64,000 bases of DNA from Eledone cirrhosa (taxonomy: Eukaryota). Position 1 is the stretch's first letter. Every line of letters begins with the position of its first letter. The position numbers and the translations under genes are program-made. Shown piece after piece: positions 30,701 through 45,099 of the stretch. A model generated the notes under the pieces. It saw only the letters and a program-made list of their open reading frames with translations. It had not been told where the DNA came from and made no database searches. Where the stretch lies: positions 209,932,001 to 209,996,000 of the forward strand of contig OZ024743.1 in the NCBI GenBank assembly GCA_964016885.1, written 5' to 3'.

Positions 30701-31990
30701 ATCCTATGGCCACAGATGAAAGCTCTTCACTCCATAAGATATACCACAGTTTACCATCCTATAGCCACAGATGAAAGCTCTTCACTCCATAAGATATACC
30801 ACCGTTTACCATCCTATAGCCACACATGAAAGCTCTTCACTCCATAAGATAAACCACAGTTTACCATCCTATAGTCAAGCCACGGATGAAAGCTCTTCAC
30901 TCCATAAGATATACCAAAGTTTACCATCCTATAGTCACAGATGAAAGCTGTTCACTCCATAAGATATACCACAGTTTACCATCATATAGCCACACATGAA
31001 AGCTCTTCACTCCATAAGATATACCACAGTTTACCATCCTATAGCCACACATGAAAGCTCTTCACTCCATAAGATATACCACAGTTTACCATCCTATAGC
31101 CAGATGAAAGCTCTTCACTCCATAAGATATACCCCAGTTAACCATCCTATAGCCACAGATGAAAGCTCTTCACTCCAAAAGATATACCACAGTTTACCAT
31201 CCTATAGCCACAGATGAAAGCTGTTCACTCCATAAGATATACTACAGTTTACCATCCTATAGCCACAGATGAAAGCTGTTCACTCCATAATATATACGAC
31301 AGTTTACCATCCTATAGCCACAGATGAAAGCTGTTCACTCCATAAGATATACGACAGTTTACCATCCTATAGCCAGATGAAAGCTCTTCACTCCATAAGA
31401 TATACCACAGTTTACCATCCTATAGCCACAGATGAAAGCTGTCCACTCCATAAGATATACCACAGTTTACCATCCCATAGCCAGATGAAAGCTCTTCACT
31501 CCATAAGATATACCACAGTTTACCATCCTAAAGCCACAGATGAAAGCTCTTCACTCCATAAGATATACCACAGTTTACCATCCTATAGCCACAGATGAAA
31601 ACTGTTTACTCCATAAGATATACCACAGTTTACCATACTATAGCCAGATGAAAGCTCTTCACTCCATAAGATATACCACAGTTTACCATCCTAAAGCCAC
31701 AGATGAAAGCTCTTCACTCCATAAGATATACCACAGTTTACCATCCTATAGCCACAGATGAAAGCTCTTCACTCCATAAGATATACCACAGTTTACCATC
31801 CTATAGCCACAGATGAAAGCTCTTCACTCCATAAGATATACCACAGTTTACCATCCTATAGCCACAGATGAAAGCTGTTCACTCCATAAGATATACCACA
31901 GTTTACCATCCTATAGCCACAAATGAAAGCTCTTCACCCCATAAGATATACCACAGTTTACCATCCTATAGCCACACATGAAAGCTCTTC
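25501..31990 (+). repeat. Tandem duplication of a 3245-bp block (25501-28745 and 28746-31990)
   Basis: Offset 3245 for ORFs 26417/29662, 26635/29880, 27138/30383, 27751/30996, 28024/31269, 28295/31540. Confidence 0.9.
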
Positions 31991-34900
31991 ACTCCATAAG
32001 ATATACCACAGTTTACCATCCTATAGCCACAGATGAAAGCTCTTCACCCCATAAGATATACCACAGTTTACCATTCTATAGCCACACATGAAAGCTCTTC
32101 ACTCGATAAGATATACCACAGTTTACCATCCTATAGCCACACATGAAAGCTCTTCACTCCATAAGATATACCACAGTTTACCATCCTATAGCCACACATG
32201 AAAGCTCTTCACTCCATAAGATATACCACAGTTTACCATCCTATAGCCACACATAAAAGCTCTTCACTCCATAAGATATACCACAGTTTACCATCCTATA
32301 GCCACAGATGAAAGCTCTTCACCCCATAAGATATACCACAGTTTACCATCCTATAGCCACAGATGAAAGCTCTTCGCCCCATAAGATATACCACAGTTTA
32401 CCATCCTATAGCCACACATGAAAGCTCTTCACTCCATAAGATATACCACATTTTACCATCCTATAGCCACACATGAAAGCTCTTCACTCAATAAGATATA
32501 CCACAGTTTACCATCCTATAGCCACAGATGAAAGCTGTTCACTCCATAATATATACGACAGTTTACCATCCTATAGCCACAGATGAAAGCTGTTCACTCC
32601 ATAAGATATACAACAGTTTACCATCCTATAGCCAGATGAAAGCTCTTCACTCCATAAGATATACCACAATTTACCATCCTAAAGCCACACATTAAAGCTC
32701 TTCACTCCATAAGATATACCACAGTTTACCATCCTATAGCCACACATGAAAGCTCTTCACTCCATAAGATATACCACAGTTTACCATCCTATAGCCAGAT
32801 GAAAGCTCTTCACTCCATAAGATATACGACAGTTTACCATCCTATAGCCACACATGAAATCTCTTCACTCCATAAGATATACCACAGTTTACCATCCTAT
32901 AGCCACAGATGAAAGCTGTTCACTCCATAATATATACGACAGTTTACCATCCTATAGCCACAGATGAAAGCTGTTCACTCCATAAGATATACGACAGTTT
33001 ACCATCCTATAGCCAGATGAAAGCTCTTCACTCCATAAGATATACCACAGTTTACCATCCTATAGCCACAGATGAAAGCTGTCCACTCCATAAGATATAC
33101 CACAGTTTACCATCCCATAGCCAGATGAAAGCTCTTCACTCCATAAGATATACCACAGTTTACCATCCTAAAGCCACAGATGAAAGCTCTTCACTCCATA
33201 AGATATACCACAGTTTACCATCCTATAGCCACAGATGAAAACTGTTTACTCCATAAGATATACCACAGTTTACCATACTATAGCCAGATGAAAGCTCTTC
33301 ACTCCATAAGATATACCACAGTTTACCATCCTAAAGCCACAGATGAAAGCTCTTCACTCCATAAGATATACCACAGTTTACCATCCTATAGCCACAGATG
33401 AAAGCTCTTCACTCCATAAGATATACCACAGTTTACCATCCTATAGCCACAGATGAAAGCTCTTCACTCCATAAGATATACCACAGTTTACCATCCTATA
33501 GCCACAGATGAAAGCTGTTCACTCCATAAGATATACCACAGTTTACCATACTATAGCCACAAATGAAAGCTCTTCACCCCATAAGATATACCACAGTTTA
33601 CCATCCTATAGCCACACATGAAAGCTCTTCACTCCATAAGATATACCACAGTTTACCATCCTATAGCCACAGATGAAAGCTCTTCACCCCATAAGATATA
33701 CCACAGTTTACCATTCTATAGCCACACATGAAAGCTCTTCACTCGATAAGATATACCACAGTTTACCATCCTATAGCCACACATGAAAGCTCTTCACTCC
33801 ATAAGATATACCACAGTTTACCATCCTATAGCCACACATGAAAGCTCTTCACTCCATAAGATATACCACAGTTTACCATCCTATAGCCACACATGAAAGC
33901 TCTTCACTCCATAAGATATACCACAGTTTACCATCCTATAGCCACAGATGAAAGCTCTTCACCACATAAGATATACCACAGTTTACCATCCTATAGCCAC
34001 AGATGAAAGCTCTTCGCCCCATAAGATATACCACAGTTTACCATCCTATAGCCACACATGAAAGCTCTTCACTCAATAAGATATACCACAGTTTACCATC
34101 CTATAGCCACAGATGAAAGCTGTTCACTCCATAATATATACGACAGTTTACCATCCTATAGCCACAGATGAAAGCTGTTCACTCCATAAGATATACAACA
34201 GTTTACCATCCTATAGCCAGATGAAAGCTCTTCACTCCATAAGATATACCACAATTTACCATCCTAAAGCCACAGATGAAAGCTCTTCACTCCATAAGAT
34301 ATACCACAGTTTACCATCCTATAGCCACAGATGAAAACTGTTTACTCCATAAGATATACCACAGTTTACCATACTATAGCCAGATGAAAGCTCTTCACTC
34401 CATAAGATATACCACAGTTTACCATCCTAAAGCCACAGATGAAAGCTCTTCACTCCATAAGATATACCACAATTTACCATCCTATAGCCACAGATGAAAG
34501 CTGTTCACTCCATAAGATATACCACAGTTTACCATCCTATAGCCACAGATGAAAGCTCTTCACCCCATAAGATATACCACAGTTTACCATCCTATAGCCA
34601 CACATGAAAGCTCTTCACTCCATAAGATATACCACAGTTTACCATCCTATAGCCACAGATGAAAGCTCTTCACCCCATATGATATACCACAGTTTACCAT
34701 CCTATAGCCACACATGAAAGCTCTTCACTCGATAAGATATACCTCAGTTTACCATCCTATAGCCACACATGAAAGCTCTTCACTCCATAAGATATACCAC
34801 AGTTTACCATCCTATAGCCACACATGAAAGCTCTTCACTCCATAAGATATACCACAGTTTACCATCCTATAGCCACACATGAAAGCTCTTCACTCCATAA

Positions 34901-35100
34901 GATATACCACAGTTTACCATCCTATAGCCACAGATGAAAGCTCTTCACCCCATAAGATATACCACAGTTTACCATCCTATAGCCACAGATGAAAGCTCTT
35001 CGCCCCATAAGATATACCACAGTTTACCATCCTATAGCCACACATGAAAGCTCTTCACTCCATAAGATATACCACATTTTACCATCCTATAGCTACACAT
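31250..35100 (+). repeat. Three imperfect copies of an about 1.1-1.6 kb block
   Basis: Offset 1640 for ORFs 31269/32909 and 31540/33180, then 1096 to 34276. Marker TTCGCCCC at about 32373, 34013 and 34999. ACTCGATAAG at 32101, 33741 and about 34727. Confidence 0.78.
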
Positions 35101-38100
35101 GAAAGCTCTTCACTCCATAAGATATACCACAGTTTACCATCCTATAGCCACACATGAAAGCTCTTCACTCCATAAGATATACCACAGTTTACCATCCTAT
35201 AGCCACACATGAAAGCTCTTCACTCCATAAGATATACCACAGTTTACCATCCTATAGCCACAAATGAAAGCTCTTCACCCCATAAGATATACCACAGTTT
35301 ACCATCCTATAGCCACAGATGAAAGCTCTTCACCCCATAAGATATACCACAGTTTACCATCCTATTGCCACACATTAAAGCTCTTCACTCCATAAGATAT
35401 ACCACAGTTTACCATCCTATAGCCACACATGAAAGCTCTTCACTCCATAAGATATACCACAGTTTACCATCCTATAGCCAGATGAAAGCTCTTCACTCCA
35501 TAAGATATACCACAGTTTACCATCCTATAGCCAGATGAAAGCTCTTCACTCCATAAGATATACGACAGTTTACCATCCTAGAGCTACACATGAAAGCTCT
35601 TCACTCCATAAGATATACCACAGTTTACCATCCGATAGCCGCACATGAAAGCTCTTCACTCCATGAGATATACCACAGTTTACCATCCTATAGCCATACA
35701 TGAAAGCTCTTCACTCCATAAGATATACCACAGTTTACCCTCCTATAGCCACACATGAAAGCTCTTCACTCCATAAGATATACCACAGTTTACCATCCTA
35801 TAGCCAGATGAAAGCTCTTCACTCAGTAAAATATACCACAGTTTACCATCCTATAGCCACACATGAAAGCTATTCACTCCATAAGATATACCACAGTTTA
35901 CCATCCTATAGCCAGAGATGAAAGCTGTTCACTCCATAAGATATACGACAGTTTACCATCCTATAGCCACAGATGAAAGCTGTTCACTCCATAAGATATA
36001 CGACAGTTTACCATCCTATAGCCAGATGAAAGCTCTTCACTCCATAAGATATACCACAGATTACCATCCTCTAGCCACAGATGAAAACTGTTCACTCCAT
36101 AAGATATACCACAGTTTACCATCCTATAGCCACACATGAAAGCTCTTCACTCCATAAGATATACCACAGTTTACCATCCTATAGCCACAGATGAAAGCTC
36201 TTCACCCCATGAGATATACCACAGTTTACCATCCTATAGCCACACATGAAAGCTCTTCACCCCATAAGATGTACCACAGTTTAGCATCCTATTGCCACAC
36301 ATGAAATTTCTTCACTCGATAAGATATACCACAGTTTACCATCCTATAGCCACACATGAAAGCTCTTCACTCCATAAGATATACCACAGTTTACCATCCT
36401 ATAGCCACAGATGAAAGCTCTTCACTCCATAAGATATACCACAGTTTACCATCCTATAGCCACACATGAAAGCTCTTCACGCCATAAGATATACCTCAGT
36501 TTACCATTCTATAGCCACAGATGAAAGCTCTTCACTCCATAAGATATACCACAGTTTACCATCCTATAGCCACACATCAGAGCTCTTCACTCCATAAGAT
36601 ATACCACAGTTTACCATCCTATAGCCACAGATGAAAGCTCTTCACTCCATAAGATATACCACAGTTTACCATCCTATAGCCACACATGAGAGCTCTTCAC
36701 CCCATAAGATATACCTCAGTTTACCATCCTATAGCCACAGATGAAAGCTCTTCACTCCATAAGATATACCACAGTTTACCATCCTATAGCCACACATGAG
36801 AGCTCTTCACTCCATAAGATATACCACAGTTTACCATCCTATGGCCACACATGAAATCTCTTCACCCCATAAGATATACCACAGTTTACCATCCTATAGC
36901 CACACATGAAAGCTCTTCCCTCCATAAGATATACCACAGTTTACCATCCTATAGCCAGATGAAAGCTCTTCACTCCATAAAATATACCACAGTTTACCAT
37001 CCTATAGCCACACATGAAAGCTCTTCACTCCATAAGATATACCACTGTTTACCATCCTATGGCCACACATGAAAGCTCTTCACTCCATAAGATATGCCAC
37101 AGTTTAACATCCTATAGCCAGATGAAAGCTCTTCACTCCATAAAATATACCACAGTTTACCATCCTATAGCCACAGATGAAAGCTCTTCACTCCATAAGA
37201 TATACCACAGTTTACCATCCTATAGCCAGATTAAAGCTCTTCACTCCATAAGATATACCACAGTTTACCACCCTATAGCAACAGATGAAAGCTCTTCACT
37301 CCATGAGATATACCACAGTTTACCATCCTATAGCCACGCCACGGATGAAAGCTCTTCACTCCATAAGATATACCACTCTTTACAATCCTATAGCCACAGA
37401 TGAAAGCTCTTCACCCCATAAGATATACCACAGTTTACCATCCTATGGCCACAGATGAAAGCTCTTCACTCCATAAGATATACCACAGTTTACCATCCTA
37501 TAGCCATGGATGAAAGCTCTTCACTCCATAAGATATACCACAGTTTACCATCCTATAATCACACATGAAAGCTCTTCACTCCATAAGATATAAAACAGTT
37601 TACCATCCTATAGCCAGATGAAAGCTCTTCACTCCATAAGCTATACCACAGTTTACTATCCTATAGCCACAGATGAAAGCTCTTCACTCCATAAGATATA
37701 CCACAGTTTACCATCCTATAGCCACACATGAAAGCTATTCACTCCATAATATATACCACTGTTTACCATCCTATGGCCACACATGAAAGCTTTTCACTCC
37801 ATTAGATATACCACAGTTTACCATCCTATAGCTACACATGAAAGCTCTTCACTCCATAAGATATACCACTGTTTACCATCCTATGGCCACACATGAAAGC
37901 TCTTCACTCCATAAGATATACCACAGTTTACCATCCTATAGCCAGATGAAAGCTCTTCACTCCATAAAATATACCAGAGTTTACCATCTTATAGCCACAG
38001 ATGAAAGCTCTTCACTCCATAAGATATACCACAGTTTACCATCCTATAGCCAGATGAAAGCTCTTCACTCCATAAGATATACCACAGTTTACAATCCTAT

Positions 38101-38159
38101 AGCCACAGATGAAAGCTCTTCACTCCATAAGATATACCACAGTTTACCATCCTATGGCC

Positions 38160-41100
38160 ACAGATGAAAGCTCTTCACTCCATAAGATATACTACAGTTT
38201 GCCATCCTATAGCCACAGATGAAAGCTCTTCACTCCATAAGATATACCACAGTTTACCATCCTATAGCCACACATGAAAGCTCTTCACATCATAAGATAT
38301 ACCACAGTTTACCATCCTATAGCCACAGATGAAAGCTGTTAACTCCATAAGATATATCACAGTTTACCATCCTATAGCCACACATGAAAGCTCTTCACTC
38401 CATAAGATATACCACAGTTTACCATCCTATAGCCACACATGAAAGCTCTTCACTCCATAAGATATACCACAGTTTACCATCCTATAGCCACACATGAAAG
38501 CTCTTCACTCCATAAGATATACCACATTTTACCATCCTATAGCCAGATGAAAGCTCTTCACTCCATAATATATACCACAGTTTACCATCCTATAGCCACA
38601 GATGAAAGCTGTTCACTCCATAAGATATACCACAGTTAACCATCCTATAGCCACAGATGAAAGCTGTTCACTCCATAAGATATACGACATTTTACCATCC
38701 TATAGCCACAGATGAAAGCTCTTCACTCCATAAGATATACCACAGTTTACCATCCTATAGCCAGATGAAAGCGCTTCACTCCATAAGATATACCACAGAT
38801 TACAATCCTATAGCCAAAGATGAAAGCTCTTCACTCCATAAGATATACCACAGTTTACCATCCTATAGCCAGATGAAAGCTCTTCACTCCATAAGATATA
38901 CCACAGTTTACCATCCTATAGCCACACATGAAAGCTGTTCACTCCATAAGATATACCACAGTTTACCATCCTATAGCCAGATGAAAGCTCTTCACGCCAT
39001 AAGATATACCACAGTTTACCCTCCTATAGCCACAGATGAAAGCTCTTCACTCCATAAGATATACCACAGTTTACCATCCTATAGCAAGATGAAAGCGCTT
39101 CACTCCATAAGATATACGACAGTTTACCATCCTATAGCCACACATGAAAGCTCTTCAATCCATAAGATATACCTCAGTTTACCATCTTATAGCCACAGAT
39201 GAAAGCTCTTCACTCCATAAGATATACCACAGTTTACCATCCTATAGCCACACATGAAAGCTCTTCACTCCATAAGATATACCACAGTTTACCATCCTAT
39301 AGCGACACATGAAAGCTCTTCACTCCATAAGATATACCACAGTTTACCATGCTATAGCCACAGATGAAAGCTGTTCACTCCATCAGATATACCACAATTT
39401 ACCATCCTATAGCCACACATGAAAGCTCTTCACTCCATCAGATATACCACAGTTTACCATCCTATAGCCACAGATGAAAGCTGTTAACTCCATAAGATAT
39501 ACGACAGTTTACCATCCTATAGCCACAGATGAAAGCTGTTCACTCCATAAGATATACGACAGTTTACCATCCTATAGCCAGATGAAAGCTCTTCACTCCA
39601 TAAGATATACCACAGATTACCATCCTATAGCCACAGATGAAAGCTGTTCACTCCATAAGATATACCACAGTTTACCATCCTATAGCCAGATGAAAGCTCT
39701 TCACTCCATAAGATATACCACAGTTTACCATCCTATAGCCAGATGAAAGCTCTTCACTCCATAAGATATACCACAGTTTACCATCCTATAGCCAGATGAA
39801 AGCTCTTCACTCCATAAGATATAGCACAGTTTACCATCCTATAGCCAGATGAAAGCTCTTCACTCCATAAGATATACCACAGTTTACCATCCTATAGCCA
39901 CAGATGAAAGCTCTTCACTCCATAAGATATACCACAGTTTACCATCCTATAGCCACAGATGAAAGCTCTTCACTCCATAAGATATACCACAGTTCACCAT
40001 CCTATAGCCACAGATGAAAGCTCTTCATTCCATAAGATATACCACAGTTTACCATCCTATAGCCACACAGGAAAGCTCTTCACTCCATAAGATATACCAC
40101 AGTTTACCATCCTATAGCCACAGCTGAAAGCTCTTCACCCCATAAGATATACCACAGTTTACCATCCTATAGCCACACATGAAAGCTCTTCACCCCATAA
40201 GATATACCACAGTTTACCATCCTATTGCCACACATGAAAGTTCTTCACTCGATAAGATATACCACAGTTTACCATCCTATAGCCACACATGAAAGTTCTT
40301 CACTCCATAAGATATACCACAGTTTACCACCCTATAGCAAGATGAAAGCTCTTCACTCCATAAGATATACGACAGTTTACCATCCTATAGCCACACATGA
40401 AAACTCTTCAATCCATAAGATATACCTCAGTTTACCATCTTATAGCCACAGATGAAAGCTCTTCACTCCATAAGATATACCACGGTTTACCATCCTATAG
40501 CCACACATGAAAGCTCTTCACGCCATAAGATATACCTCAGTTTACCATCCTATAGCCACAGATGAAAGCTCTTCACTCCATAAGATATACCACAGTTTAC
40601 CATCCTATAGCCACACATGAGAGCTCCTCACTCCATAAGATATACCACAGTTTACCATCCTATAGCCACACATGAAAGCTCTTCACTCCATAAGATATAC
40701 CACAGTTTACCATCCTATGGCCACACATGAAAGCTCTTCACCCCATAAGATATACCACAGTTTACCATCCTATAGCCACACATGAAAGCTCTTCACTCCA
40801 TAAGATATACCACAGTTTACCATCCTATAGCCAGATGAAAGCTCTTCACTCCATAAGATATACCACAGTTTACCATCCTATAGCCACACATGAAAGCTCT
40901 TCACTCCATAAGATATACCACAGTTTACATTCCTATAGCCACACATGAAAGTTCTTCACTCGATAAGATATACCACAGTTTACCATCCTATAGCCACACA
41001 TGAAAGCTCTTCACTCCATAAGATATACGACAGTTTACCATCCTATAGCCACACATGAAAGCTCTTCAATCCATAAGATATACCTCAGTTTACCATCCTA

Positions 41101-44100
41101 TAGCCACAGATGAAATCTCTTCACTCCATAAGATATACCACAGTTTACCATCCTATAGCCACACATGAGAGCTCTTCACTCCATAAGATATACCACAGTT
41201 TACCATCCTATAGCCACAGATGAAAGCTCATCACTCCATAAGATATACCACAGTTTACCATCCTATGGCCACACATGAAAGCTCTTCACCCCATAAGATA
41301 TACCACAGTTTACCATCCTATAGCCACACATGAAAGCTCTTCACTCCATAAGATATACCACAGTTTACCATACTATAGCCACAGATGAAAGCTCTTCACT
41401 CCATAAGATATACCACAGTTCACCATCCTATAGCCACAGATGAAAGCTCTTCATTCCATAAGATATACCACAGTTTACCATCCTATAGCCACACAGGAAA
41501 GCTCTTCACTCCATAAGATATACCACATTTTACCATCCTATAGCCAGATGAAAGCTCTTCACTCCATAATATATACCACAGTTTACCATCCTATAGCCAC
41601 AGATGAAAGCTGTTCACTCCATAAGATATACCACAGTTAACCATCCTATAGCCACAGATGAAACTGTTCACTCCATAAGATATACGACATTTTACCATCC
41701 TATAGCCAGAGATGAAAGCTCTTCACTCCATAAGATATACTACAGTTTGCCATCCTATAGCCACAGATGAAAGCTCTTCACTCCATAAGATATACCACAG
41801 TTTACCATCCTATAGCCACACATGAAAGCTCTTCACATCATAAGATATACCACAGTTTACCATCCTATAGCCACAGATGAAAGCTGTTAACTCCATAAGA
41901 TATACCACAGTTTACCATCCTATAGCCACACATGAAAGCTCTTCACTCCATAAGATATACCACAGTTTACCATCCTATAGCCACACATGAAAGCTCTTCA
42001 CTCCATAAGATATACCACAGTTTACCATCCTATAGCCACACATGAAAGCTCTTCACTCCATAAGATATACCACATTTTACCATCCTATAGCCAGATGAAA
42101 GCTCTTCACTCCATAATATATACCACAGTTTACCATCCTATAGCCACAGATGAAAGCTGTTCACTCCATAAGATATACCACAGTTAACCATCCTATAGCC
42201 ACAGATGAAAGCTGTTCACTCCATAAGATATACGACATTTTACCATCCTATAGCCACAGATGAAAGCTCTTCACTCCATAAGATATACCACAGTTTACCA
42301 TCCTATAGCCAGATGAAAGCGCTTCACTCCATAAGATATACCACAGATTACAATCCTATAGCCAAAGATGAAAGCTCTTCACTCCATAAGATATACCACA
42401 GTTTACCATCCTATAGCCAGATGAAAGCTCTTCACTCCATAAGATATACCACAGTTTACCATCCTATAGCCACACATGAAAGCTGTTCACTCCATAAGAT
42501 ATACCACAGTTTACCATCCTATAGCCAGATGAAAGCTCTTCACGCCATAAGATATACCACAGTTTACCATCCTATAGCAAGATGAAAGCGCTTCACTCCA
42601 TAAGATATACGACAGTTTACCATCCTATAGCCACACATGAAAGCTCTTCAATCCATAAGATATACCTCAGTTTACCATCTTATAGCCACAGATGAAAGCT
42701 CTTCACTCCATAAGATATACCACAGTTTACCATCCTATAGCCACACATGAAAGCTCTTCACTCCATAAGATATACCACAGTTTACCATCCTATAGCGACA
42801 CATGAAAGCTCTTCACTCCATAAGATATACCACAGTTTACCATGCTATAGCCACAGATGAAAGCTGTTCACTCCATCAGATATACCACAATTTACCATCC
42901 TATAGCCACACATGAAAGCTCTTCACTCCATCAGATATACCACAGTTTACCATCCTATAGCCACAGATGAAAGCTGTTAACACATAAGATATACGACAGT
43001 TTACCATCCTATAGCCACAGATGAAAGCTGTTCACTCCATAAGATATACGACAGTTTACCATCCTATAGCCAGATGAAAGCTCTTCACTCCATAAGATAT
43101 ACCACAGATTACCATCCTATAGCCACAGATGAAAGCTGTTCACTCCATAAGATATACCACAGTTTACCATCCTATAGCCAGATGAAAGCTCTTCACTCCA
43201 TAAGATATACCACAGTTTACCATCCTATAGCCAGATGAAAGCTCTTCACTCCATAAGATATACCACAGTTTACCATCCTATAGCCAGATGAAAGCTCTTC
43301 ACTCCATAAGATATACCACAGTTTACCATCCTATAGCCAGATGAAAGCTCTTCACTCCATAAGATATACCACAGTTTACCATCCTATAGCCACAGATGAA
43401 AGCTCTTCACTCCTTAAGATATACCACAGTTTACCATCCTATAGCCACAGATGAAAGCTCTTCACTCCATAAGATATACCACAGTTCACCATCCTATAGC
43501 CACAGATGAAAGCTCTTCACTCCATAAGATATACCACAGTTTACCATCCTATAGCCACACAGGAAAGCTCTTCACTCCATAAGATATACCACAGTTTACC
43601 ATCCTATAGCCACACATGAAAGCTCTTCACCCCATAAGATATACCACAGTTTACCATCCTATTGCCACACATGAAAGTTCTTCACTCGATAAGATATACC
43701 ACAGTTTACCATCCTATAGCCACACATGAAAGTTCTTCACTCCATAAGATATACCACAGTTTACCACCCTATAGCAAGATGAAAGCTCTTCACTCCATAA
43801 GATATACGACAGTTTACCATCCTATAGCCACACATGAAAACTCTTCAATCCATAAGATATACCTCAGTTTACCATCTTATAGCCACAGATGAAAGCTCTT
43901 CACTCCATAAGATATACCACGGTTTACCATCCTATAGCCACACATGAAAGCTCTTCACGCCATAAGATATACCTCAGTTTACCATCCTATAGCCACAGAT
44001 GAAAGCTCTTCACTCCATAAGATATACCACAGTTTACCATCCTATAGCCACACATGAGAGCTCTTCACTCCATAAGATATACCTCAGTTTACCATCCTAT

Positions 44101-45080
44101 AGCCACAGATGAAAGCTCCTCACTCCATAAGATATACCACAGTTTACCATCCTATAGCCACAGATGAAAGCTCTTCACTCCATAAGATATACCACAGTTT
44201 ACCATCCTATAGCCACACATGAGAGCTCTTCACTCCATAAGATATACCTCAGTTTACCATCCTATAGCCACAGATGAAAGCTCTTCACTCCATAAGATAT
44301 ACCTCAGTTTACCATCCTATAGCCACAGATGAAAGCTCCTCACTCCATAAGATATACCACAGTTTACCATCCTATAGCCACACATGAAAGCTCTTCACTC
44401 CATAAGATATACCACAGTTTACCATCCTATGGCCACACATGAAAGCTCTTCACCCCATAAGATATACCACAGTTTACCATCCTATAGCCACACATGAAAG
44501 CTCTTCACTCCATAAGATATACCACAGTTTACCATCCTATAGCCAGATGAAAGCTCTTCACTCCATAAGATATACCACAGTTTACCATCCTATAGCCACA
44601 CATGAAAGCTCTTCACTCCATAAGATATACCACAGTTTACATTCCTATAGCCACACATGAAAGTTCTTCACTCGATAAGATATACCACAGTTTACCATCC
44701 TATAGCCACACATGAAAGCTCTTCACTCCATCAGATATACGACAGTTTACCATCCTATAGCCACACATGAAAGCTCTTCAATCCATAAGATATACCTCAG
44801 TTTACCATCCTATAGCCACAGATGAAATCTCTTCACTCCATAAGATATACCACAGTTTACCATCCTATAGCCACACATGAGAGCTCTTCACTCCATAAGA
44901 TATACCACAGTTTACCATCCTATAGCCACAGATGAAAGCTCATCACTCCATAAGATATACCACAGTTTACCATCCTATGGCCACACATGAAAGCTCTTCA
45001 CCCCATAAGATATACCACAGTTTACCATCCTATAGCCACACATGAAAGCTCTTCACTCCATAAGATATACCACAGTTTAC
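38160..45080 (+). repeat. Imperfect about 3.5-kb duplication (about 38160-41370 and 41710-45080)
   Basis: Private ACTACAGTTTGCCATCC at 38191 and 41739 (offset 3548). ORF pairs 38439/41987, 38657/42205, 40225/43662 (3437) and 40727/44439 (3712). The offset drifts roughly by whole monomers. Confidence 0.82.
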
Positions 45081-45099
45081 CATACTATGGCCACACATG

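Noticed and set aside
40234-40250. Heat-shock element in the GAAAGTTC variant
   Set aside because: Only two nGAAn units are present and a functional element normally needs three. The consensus spacing (GAA-N5-TTC) does not fit.
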